64,000 nucleotides of DNA from a virus. The notes under the pieces were generated by a model that made no database searches, was not told where the DNA came from, and worked only from the letters and a program-made list of their open reading frames with translations. Numbering within the stretch: the stretch's first letter is position 1; each line of letters begins with the position of its first letter. Position numbers and translations under genes: made by a program. Shown here one piece after another: positions 56,476-64,000 of the stretch. Location of the stretch: IMG/VR virus record IMGVR_UViG_3300025598_000021. The stretch is one strand, 5' to 3'.

Positions 56476-57792
56476 ATGTTTGAATTGATTATGATAGATC
56501 AAGAAAATAAAAGACGTTCTATATTTTATGATCCACATAAGTCTACCGTCTCTGATAAAGATGGAAAAGATATACTAATAACTGATGTTAAACCTCATTC
56601 TTGCTTTAAGAAAGCAATAGGTATATCGCCGACAAATCCTGGCTCAAAGGTATCCAAATTAAGTAAAATTCGTATCCAGTTAGGACTCGGGTGTAACTAT
56701 TCATGCTCGTACTGTCTTCAGAAAGATCAAATTAAAGATTCAACAAAGACAAGTCTTAGAGACGCTGAAATATTCATGAAGAATCTAGACAAGTGGGTAG
56801 AAGGAGCTCCAGCAGAGATTGAGTTCTGGGGAGGTGAGCCTCTTCTTTATTGGAATAAGATTAAGTTTCTTCTTGAAAAATTAACTGAAAGATTTCCGGA
56901 AGTTTCATATCTTATTATCACCAACGGAAGCTTGATAGATGACGATTTTATTGAGACCGTAGAGAAATATAACATTAGAGTCGCTATATCTCATGATGGT
57001 CCTGGTCAGTATAACCGAGGACCAGATCCATTAGACAATCCTATACAGTTTGAGATGATTAAGAAGTTCTTCGATCGTAGAAAAAACAACATGAGTTTTA
57101 ACTCAGTGATCACCCCTTCTAATATGAATCTCGATAAGATAGAACAGTTCTTTAAATCAAAGTTTGGTCAAGAAGCGAGAATAAGTTTTGAAGGTGTAGT
57201 GATAAACTACGACGACGGTGAGTCAAATACTTTTACTACTGAGCAGTATAATGAACTTTCTAAGAACGTAGCGATGTCTTGTATGAGACCATTTGAGAAT
57301 CTACCTAATACGTTCCAGATAAAGATTCGCGAATTCATGAAGACTCTACAGAATAAGTTAAGTTCTGATTCTGTATTTCAGAAGTGCGGAATGGACAGAG
57401 AAGACTATATAGCCGTAGATCTATTAGGTAACGTCATGACGTGTCAGAATACTGGTTCTACTGGAAAGCATAGAATTGGACACGTCTATTCGCTAGATAA
57501 AGTTAAACTTAATACGTCGTGGCATTGGTCGCAGAGAGAAGAATGCTCCCACTGTCCCGTGCTGCAGCTATGTGCAGGATCGTGCATGTATGTTGAGGGT
57601 CCAAGCTGGTATCACTCGTGCAACAATGAATACTACTACAACATGGGAATACTCGCAGGAGCGATGTATCATATGACTGGAATGATCTTAGAAGAAGTAA
57701 AAGGAGAGACCTGGAGGCCGGATCCAGCTGACTATGGCGTTACTATTAAAGATCATAGTCAAAATATAGTTGATGGACTTTTAGAAGTATGA
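56476..57792 (+). CDS. Radical SAM enzyme with SPASM domain
   Basis: CNYSCSYC (CxxxCxxC), FWGGEPLL, ISHDGP; KCG...GNVMTC...CSHCPVLQLCAGSC (Cx2Cx5Cx3C)...SC. Confidence 0.93.
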   Translation: MFELIMIDQENKRRSIFYDPHKSTVSDKDGKDILITDVKPHSCFKKAIGISPTNPGSKVSKLSKIRIQLGLGCNYSCSYCLQKDQIKDSTKTSLRDAEIFMKNLDKWVEGAPAEIEFWGGEPLLYWNKIKFLLEKLTERFPEVSYLIITNGSLIDDDFIETVEKYNIRVAISHDGPGQYNRGPDPLDNPIQFEMIKKFFDRRKNNMSFNSVITPSNMNLDKIEQFFKSKFGQEARISFEGVVINYDDGESNTFTTEQYNELSKNVAMSCMRPFENLPNTFQIKIREFMKTLQNKLSSDSVFQKCGMDREDYIAVDLLGNVMTCQNTGSTGKHRIGHVYSLDKVKLNTSWHWSQREECSHCPVLQLCAGSCMYVEGPSWYHSCNNEYYYNMGILAGAMYHMTGMILEEVKGETWRPDPADYGVTIKDHSQNIVDGLLEV

Positions 57793-58535
57793 GACAGCTA
57801 AAGATAGATGAGACCGTTTGTCTTGATGATTTAGTAGATGTAGAAGAACTTAAGTCTCTTCATGATAGATTATGTGTGTCTATAGCCAATGCGTACGACG
57901 ACGGAAGAGTTTCAGTACAGTCTCTTGGAAATTTGCTGTCTGAGAGATATCCATATCCTAGCATACTAGATAAATTTATTCAATTTGGAAAAGCTAAAGT
58001 AAATATTCCTAAAGAAATAGACAATAATGACAAGCTATTAAGATACATAATGTTCACTGAAAAGACTACCGGAATAGCTAGTGTAATAAGTATATTTAAT
58101 TATAAAATCAGCGATGATCATAAAATTAGTAAAAACTATAAAGAATTTTATTCTATAATAGAGTGGATAAAGAAACAGGATCTATACTCAGAACTTATAC
58201 AGTGTAATCTAGTATTAAGTCAGAGCGGTGAACCAACACCTATTCACGATCATCCTAGACCAAAGAGTTTTCCAAATAGCTTTGAAGAAATAGACGAAGA
58301 GACAAGATTTTCTTTATGGATAAGACTTAACACTGATAGAAAATTATTCATGTACGATCATAAAACAAAAACTAAACACTATATAAAAGACAAAGATGGC
58401 GGTGGACTGGTGTTCTATTGGGATTCTAGCAGCTTCCATGGTGCCGATCCGTCATGGAACGCCACGTACGCGTTCGTGATAACGGGTATTCCATCAAAAA
58501 AACTGTTTGATTTTATTGATCAAAAACTCAAATAA
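57789..58535 (+). CDS. Putative cupin/2OG-Fe(II)-type oxygenase
   Basis: PTPIHDH...WDSSSFHG metal-ligand pattern in a beta-barrel-like context; ATGA-coupled to the radical SAM gene. Confidence 0.55.
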   Translation: MRQLKIDETVCLDDLVDVEELKSLHDRLCVSIANAYDDGRVSVQSLGNLLSERYPYPSILDKFIQFGKAKVNIPKEIDNNDKLLRYIMFTEKTTGIASVISIFNYKISDDHKISKNYKEFYSIIEWIKKQDLYSELIQCNLVLSQSGEPTPIHDHPRPKSFPNSFEEIDEETRFSLWIRLNTDRKLFMYDHKTKTKHYIKDKDGGGLVFYWDSSSFHGADPSWNATYAFVITGIPSKKLFDFIDQKLK

Positions 58536-58563
58536 ATAAATTAAAAAAAGATAGGATAAACAG

Positions 58564-59247
58564 ATGTCAACATTAACGGTAGGTAACATCACAGGAACGC
58601 CTATAATTAGTTCTGGACCTATAACAGGTACCGGTGATTTTACTACTACCGGCAATATAACTGCCAATAATCTAACAGCTAATGGTACTTTTACCGGTAA
58701 TAATCTTACAGGTAATAGCTTTTCTGGTAATAATTTTTACGGCATCAACGCATCGATTAATACTCTGCAGCCAAGATCTGGTAATCTTATAAGTGTTCCT
58801 GTTGGTTATAATATCTATTCTCCAGGTACTCCTGTGCAGACCGTTATAAACAGAGTCACGTCTTCATATAGTACATCGTCTTCAACTCTTAGTAATTTTT
58901 TTAATACTTCTATAACTATTAAAACGGTGGCTCCTATAATTATGGTTTTTCTACACTGTAAGCAGAGGTGTGACGTTAGTGGAACTTGGAATCTAGCGTA
59001 TTTTCAGATATACGAAAATCTTACAGCAACACCGGTAGCGTATTCTGGATATAACGGTGTTAACGCTTCTGGTTGGATTCATGATTATACTACAGAAAAA
59101 CCGTTCTATGCTCCTGGAGCTATAGGAACAACATATACATTTGCGCTTAATGTCGGTTCGTATAGTGGAACACAGTATTTTAATTCTCCATCAAACTCAT
59201 CAGATGATGGTTATGCAATAATGAAATTAACAGAGATAGCGAGATAA
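58564..59247 (+). CDS. Short fibre protein
   Basis: MSTLTVGNI; PGTPVQTV...MKLTEIA domain similar to the C-terminus of 37774..41106. Confidence 0.7.
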   Translation: MSTLTVGNITGTPIISSGPITGTGDFTTTGNITANNLTANGTFTGNNLTGNSFSGNNFYGINASINTLQPRSGNLISVPVGYNIYSPGTPVQTVINRVTSSYSTSSSTLSNFFNTSITIKTVAPIIMVFLHCKQRCDVSGTWNLAYFQIYENLTATPVAYSGYNGVNASGWIHDYTTEKPFYAPGAIGTTYTFALNVGSYSGTQYFNSPSNSSDDGYAIMKLTEIAR

Positions 59248-59249
59248 AG

Positions 59250-59633
59250 ATGAAATACACTATAATAGAAGCTCTTTCTGTTTTATCTCCTGGTTCAGAA
59301 TGGAGCATAAGAGACACTGATTACTCTTCAATCCAATGGATGAGTCCAGGTTATCCACCTTATTTAGAATCTCTAGAATCTAAAGTATTAGAACTAAACA
59401 CTGCTGAGCCGATGAGACTGCTTAGGTTGGAACGAGACAGAAGATTGTCAGAAACAGACTGGATGGCCGTGTCTGACAGGATTATGACAGACGATCAAAA
59501 GACTTATAGGCAGGCTCTTAGAGACCTACCAGATAAGATAACAACTTCTCCAAAATTAAATGAAATTTTTGAGCTAGATGTGTCCAGCGTAGACTGGCCT
59601 GTTCTGGGAAATACTGCGACGGCGACTAATTAA
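59250..59633 (+). CDS. Phage tail fibre assembly chaperone
   Basis: LRLERDRRLSETDW...YRQALRDLP...WP. Confidence 0.8.
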   Translation: MKYTIIEALSVLSPGSEWSIRDTDYSSIQWMSPGYPPYLESLESKVLELNTAEPMRLLRLERDRRLSETDWMAVSDRIMTDDQKTYRQALRDLPDKITTSPKLNEIFELDVSSVDWPVLGNTATATN

Positions 59634-59680
59634 ACCCTAAAACGTATAAATAAGATTATACCAAAACCAGGAAAAAAGCA

Positions 59681-61255
59681 TTGGCAACGACTTATCAGAA
59701 AATCTCGGGTTTAACCACCGCTTCTGGCGCGGGTGCGAACGATAGATTCGTAATCCTAACCAATGCCACGTCTACGCCTCTCCTGCAGACGATATCCTAC
59801 CCTGTAGTTCTTACTACAATATCTGGCAGCTTCGTCAACACGACGTCTCCTATTATCTCCAATTCTATTACCGTAAATACTTACTTCGCGGCTAATACCT
59901 CAGGCACATACACGGTAAACGCCTACGCCAATAACCTGACGGTAAACACCGCAAACGTCAACGTCAAGCTACAGGTCGGCAACGCTGCCGTAGGATTCGC
60001 GTTCGGCGCCGCGGCTTTGGTTCAGGTAGACGGCAACCAGAATACGTATGTACAGACTATCCTACAGAACGCTAACTCCGGCACAAACGCTACTACCGAT
60101 CTAATACTCACGGCCGATACTGGCACAGACTCTATAAACTATCTAGACATCGGCATCAACAGTTCTACTTATTCTAATACGCAGTATACCATCGGCAGCC
60201 CACTAGACGGCTACATATACGCTAGTAACTCTAATCTAACGATAGGCACCGCCACGGCGAATGAGCTAGTATTTCACGCTAACGGTACCACGAGCTCAGA
60301 TAGAAAATTAACCGTAAACGCCACTTCAGTATACGTATCAAATAACGTAAGCTTTATATCAAATTCCGGAACGTTCTATGGAGCGGTGACTGTAGGAACG
60401 AACCTAACGGTCAATGGAAACTTCTCAGTAACTGGCAACGTAACGTTCGCCGGTAACACCACGTTTATTAACGCCACCGTCATAACCACTAACGACAAGA
60501 ACTTCATACTAGCAAACAATGCCGCCACTGCTCTAGCGGCTGACGGTGCAGGTATCATCATTGGATCTTATGCCAACCTCGTATATGACAACGTAACAAA
60601 CTCTTGGCAGTCCAACGTAGGTATCACGCCTCTCACTAATAACTTAAATCTCGGCAATACCAGTCTAGTATGGAATATATTCTCTAATAATATCACAGCT
60701 GCAAACGTTCTAGTCGGCACTACTTCGGGCTTCACTAGAGCTAACTCTTCAGCGGTCTCAGTAGGTAACTCTACGGTAAACACCACCATCACGTCTACGA
60801 CTGTCACAATAGCAGCAAACAATCTAGGTGGATTCTACGTCGGTAACACCGTCAGTAACTCGTACGTAAACGCTACTGGATTCTTTACCACCGGTAAGAT
60901 CGGCGTCTCTAACGCTGCTTCTTCTGACACGATCAGAGTCGAGGGAACGATCAGCGCTCTAGCGTCACTCGCGGTCAGCAACTCGTCCGGCGTCATTACT
61001 CTCGCTAATACGTCTGGTCTCTTTATAAATAATGCATCTGGTTCAATAAACGTTGGTAACTCAACGGTAAATACATTTTCAAATTCTACTTACTTATTCT
61101 CAGGTAACTCGACATTCTACGGATTTGTCAATTCAACTGCAGAAGCTATAGTGAGTCCTACCAGTAATACGATAATTACCGCAAACGGAATAACCACAAA
61201 CGGAATACCGTATCCTACTGTAGTAACAATGTTAACTTATAATCTAGCCTTCTAA
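59681..61255 (+). CDS. Tail fibre-like protein (524 aa)
   Basis: KISGLT N-terminus, N/T-rich repeats, ends VTMLTYNLAF; late promoter at 59645-59652; TTG start. Confidence 0.75.
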   Translation: MATTYQKISGLTTASGAGANDRFVILTNATSTPLLQTISYPVVLTTISGSFVNTTSPIISNSITVNTYFAANTSGTYTVNAYANNLTVNTANVNVKLQVGNAAVGFAFGAAALVQVDGNQNTYVQTILQNANSGTNATTDLILTADTGTDSINYLDIGINSSTYSNTQYTIGSPLDGYIYASNSNLTIGTATANELVFHANGTTSSDRKLTVNATSVYVSNNVSFISNSGTFYGAVTVGTNLTVNGNFSVTGNVTFAGNTTFINATVITTNDKNFILANNAATALAADGAGIIIGSYANLVYDNVTNSWQSNVGITPLTNNLNLGNTSLVWNIFSNNITAANVLVGTTSGFTRANSSAVSVGNSTVNTTITSTTVTIAANNLGGFYVGNTVSNSYVNATGFFTTGKIGVSNAASSDTIRVEGTISALASLAVSNSSGVITLANTSGLFINNASGSINVGNSTVNTFSNSTYLFSGNSTFYGFVNSTAEAIVSPTSNTIITANGITTNGIPYPTVVTMLTYNLAF

Positions 61256-61266
61256 GGACTTGAACA

Positions 61267-61740
61267 ATGTCAAAACAATTAGTATCTAAATACGTAGCGG
61301 CGTTCAATCCAACAGCCCAGACTTTGGATTTTACTTCGATACCAAACTTTACTATCAGTAAGCTATACGCTGTCATCAACGTCACTAGAGGCACTCCGAT
61401 CTACGTCGCCGGCGCCCCTGGTCTTGGCGCCTCTGTCAGCGCGACCAGTCCTAACGTTATCAGTCTGACGTATAACACATCGACTCATGCGGCTTCTGAT
61501 ATACTAAATATCTACTACGATACTGCAGCCGGTGTTGAGAGTAATACGGTTGCGGAAACCGGCGGTCAGCTCGAGCTGATGCAGGAAAAGATGGATCAGA
61601 TACTTTCAGAACTTAAAGTAATGACCGAAGTGCTGATCCAAGGGTTTAACGGGTTTCCTCTTTCACAAGAAGATTCTCGCTCACTTCGCAATGATATAAA
61701 TAATCCATCGAATGTCGATAACATTGAAAATACTCAATAA
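61267..61740 (+). CDS. Virion protein homologous to the N-terminus of 43118..46669
   Basis: FNPTAQTLDF...VINVTRGTPIY...LTYNTS...LNIYYD. Confidence 0.7.
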   Translation: MSKQLVSKYVAAFNPTAQTLDFTSIPNFTISKLYAVINVTRGTPIYVAGAPGLGASVSATSPNVISLTYNTSTHAASDILNIYYDTAAGVESNTVAETGGQLELMQEKMDQILSELKVMTEVLIQGFNGFPLSQEDSRSLRNDINNPSNVDNIENTQ

Positions 61741-61753
61741 AGGAGAGTAAAAT

Positions 61754-62398
61754 ATGCTTATTCAAGGTCAGGTTGGTCAACCATCCGTTTCGTCTATTCA
61801 GGCCGGCGCTACGCCAGCCATTCGCCAGGGCCAACTTGGCGATGTGATCGTATCAGAACTCCATGGTCGTTATTACGAGTCCACTTATCGTAGAAATATG
61901 TACTCAGCTGTTCTTAACGCTGGTACTACTACTTCTGCCGGTCTCGCTACCACGTTCACTGGTCTTCTCCTCTTTAACCCACAGAACTCGACTGTCAACG
62001 TCGCGATCAACAAGGTCGGCTTGTCATTCCTAGTTGCTTTCGGTGCTGGCTCGACTGTCGGTCTTATGTCCGGTGTCGCTCCTACCAACCCAGGTACGTC
62101 GACTTCTAACATCACTGTTAGAGCTAACTACGTTGGTCTACCAAACGGTTCCGGTCAGGCTCTTGCCTACTCGACTGCTACCCTAACTGCAACTGGCGCG
62201 ACTCCTGTCCTCCATTCAGTATTCGGTGCTGGTCTAACTGGCGCAATCACTACTGTTCCACAGGTTCCTGGCTTCTTCTTCGACTACGAAGGCTCATTGA
62301 TCCTTCCACCAGGCACCTACATCGCTACTTACACTTCAACTGCTTCCGGTACGTCTTCATTGATCGCATCGTTCCAGTACGAAGAAATTCCTCTCTAA
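61754..62398 (+). CDS. Virion structural protein
   Basis: AAGGAG SD, late promoter at 61695-61702; SELHGRYYE, LILPPG. Confidence 0.7.
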   Translation: MLIQGQVGQPSVSSIQAGATPAIRQGQLGDVIVSELHGRYYESTYRRNMYSAVLNAGTTTSAGLATTFTGLLLFNPQNSTVNVAINKVGLSFLVAFGAGSTVGLMSGVAPTNPGTSTSNITVRANYVGLPNGSGQALAYSTATLTATGATPVLHSVFGAGLTGAITTVPQVPGFFFDYEGSLILPPGTYIATYTSTASGTSSLIASFQYEEIPL

Positions 62399-62420
62399 GC
62401 AATTAGAGTAATTAAGATCT

Positions 62421-62442
62421 GGGTTGTCCTACGGGACAACCC
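62421..62442 (+). terminator. Stable hairpin with cUACGg tetraloop
   Basis: GGGTTGTCC-TACG-GGACAACCC; lacks a clear U-tract. Confidence 0.55.
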
Positions 62443-62468
62443 TCTACTGTCAAAAGGGAGAGTGAACT

Positions 62469-63614
62469 TTGGCAACAAACACAGCGTTCGTAATCAAGAA
62501 CGGTCTAATAGTAAATACAAATGTCCTGTTTGCAAATGCCGGTCAAGTCGGCATCAACACGACTAGCCCATCATCAAATCTTACAGTAGTTGGTACTACC
62601 AACATCACCGGAAACACGTCACTGGGTGGTACACTTACTGTTACAGGTATAGCGACATTCGCTAACCAGCTCTCATTCTCAGGAAACGGTACATTTAGCA
62701 ACTCACTCTCAGTGACGGGCAATGCTACGTTCTCCAATCTAGTGACCATTGGAGGAAGTTTATCAGTAACTGGTAACTCTACTTTCTCAAATACTATATC
62801 AGTCACTGGTAACGCTACGTTCTCAAACTTAGTTACTATATCTGGTGGTCTTTCGGTAACTGGTCAGTCTACGTTCTCAAACACGATGACTATCACCGGT
62901 GCGGTAAACGCCGTATCTATCTCGATCGGCTCTAACACCTCTACGTCAAACTCAATTATCGCGTTTACTAACACCGGATATGCTATCAGCGGGTATTCAA
63001 ACTCGTCTGCCGGCATCTACGGCATATCCACATCAAATACCGGCGTCTATGGATTTTCAAACAACGCTACCGGTATTTCTGGACAGTCTAATTCTTCATA
63101 CGCTGGCTACTTCACTTCTAACACAGGCGCTCCACTATACGTAGGTAATAACAGCGCTGCGTTCTTAACAGTGTACGCTAATGGGTTGTCTGTTCCAATA
63201 CTGATGACAGTATCAGGTAACACACAGATACAGTCTCTCGGTGTCGGCACACCGGCGTCAGGAACCACAGGTGAGATTAGAGCCAACAACAACATCACAG
63301 CATACTATTCATCAGATCAGTCGCTAAAGACTAACGTTAAGAATATATCTAACGCTCTAGACAAGCTCAACATGATCAACGGCGTAGAGTTTGACTGGAC
63401 AGACGAGTGGATCGACGAGCACGGCGGTGAAGACGGCTACTTCGTTCGCAGACACGACGTCGGCGTAATCGCACAGCAGATCGAAAAGGTATTGCCAGAA
63501 GTCGTAGCTACTAGAGAAGACGGTATCAAGGCTGTCAAATATGATAGAATCGTTCCTCTACTAATAGAAGCTATTAAAGAGCTGTCAGGTAAGATTGAGA
63601 AACTAGATAAATGA
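62469..63614 (+). CDS. Fibre protein with C-terminal S74-like chaperone
   Basis: FVIKNGL N-terminus; repeated SVTGNATFSN units; YSSDQSLK...HDVGVIAQ...YDRIVPLLIEAIKEL. Confidence 0.85.
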   Translation: MATNTAFVIKNGLIVNTNVLFANAGQVGINTTSPSSNLTVVGTTNITGNTSLGGTLTVTGIATFANQLSFSGNGTFSNSLSVTGNATFSNLVTIGGSLSVTGNSTFSNTISVTGNATFSNLVTISGGLSVTGQSTFSNTMTITGAVNAVSISIGSNTSTSNSIIAFTNTGYAISGYSNSSAGIYGISTSNTGVYGFSNNATGISGQSNSSYAGYFTSNTGAPLYVGNNSAAFLTVYANGLSVPILMTVSGNTQIQSLGVGTPASGTTGEIRANNNITAYYSSDQSLKTNVKNISNALDKLNMINGVEFDWTDEWIDEHGGEDGYFVRRHDVGVIAQQIEKVLPEVVATREDGIKAVKYDRIVPLLIEAIKELSGKIEKLDK

Positions 63615-63661
63615 GACTCTGCCGTCAGATAAATAGATAGTATAATAAGCGGAGAGTTTAA

Positions 63662-64000
63662 ATGGCAATACCAGTAGATAGAGCGACGTTCACAGAGTAC
63701 TGTCTCAGACGTCTCGGAAAACCATTAAACGAGATAAACATAGACGACGATCAGCTACAAGATCGCGTCGATGACGCTCTCCAGTATTTCTGGGACTATC
63801 ACTTCTCCGGCTCAGAAAAGACGTACTACAAGTATCAGATTCAGCCGGCTGACAAGGTGAACAAGTACATCACTCTACCAGACAACATCGTCGGCGTAGT
63901 GAACATGTTTCCTGTTGGTCAGGCTCTCAACACGAACAATCTCTTCAACATCAGATATCAGATCGCTCTTAACGACCTATACACGCTCACTTCGGTGTCT
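63662..64000 (+). CDS. 13: Neck protein gp13 (3'-truncated by the window; not in ORF track)
   Basis: MAIPVDRATFTEYCLRRLGKPLNEINIDDDQLQDRVDDALQYFWDYHFSG. Confidence 0.9.
   Translation, partial: MAIPVDRATFTEYCLRRLGKPLNEINIDDDQLQDRVDDALQYFWDYHFSGSEKTYYKYQIQPADKVNKYITLPDNIVGVVNMFPVGQALNTNNLFNIRYQIALNDLYTLTSVS

Noticed and set aside
1-64000. Alternative genetic code or CRISPR array
   Set aside because: Core genes are intact under the standard code and all three stop codons end genes; no regularly spaced repeat-spacer pattern seen

Overview
64 kb of a large T4-like myovirus genome, very probably infecting an alphaproteobacterium (it carries a permuted two-piece tmRNA with the alphaproteobacterial GGCGGTA T-loop and an ANDN...AA tag). 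1-8.7 kb: accessory genes, two homing endonucleases, tmRNA, tRNA-Arg(UCU), an L,D-transpeptidase, and gp33-gp59-gp32. 8.7-13.9 kb (minus strand): gp4, gp2, gp54-like, gp26 with a probable -1 frameshift into a gp51-like frame, and a hub/tape-measure-like protein with two peptidoglycan hydrolase domains. 13.9-33.6 kb: baseplate genes (gp48, 53, 27-like, split gp5, 25, 6, 7, 8, split DUF4815/VrlC-like). 33.6-63.6 kb: about 30 fibre, adhesin and chaperone genes that share recurring terminal motifs, suggesting a branched modular fibre apparatus, followed by the start of gp13. The best candidate for a new system lies at 54.9-58.5 kb inside the fibre cluster: three short paralogous peptides with a shared N-terminus, one ending in a strict (CX)8C core, then an unknown protein, a radical SAM/SPASM enzyme and a cupin-type oxygenase. 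This looks like a RiPP-style modification cassette acting on a probable virion peptide. All family calls come from motif recognition and gene order by eye; no searches were run.
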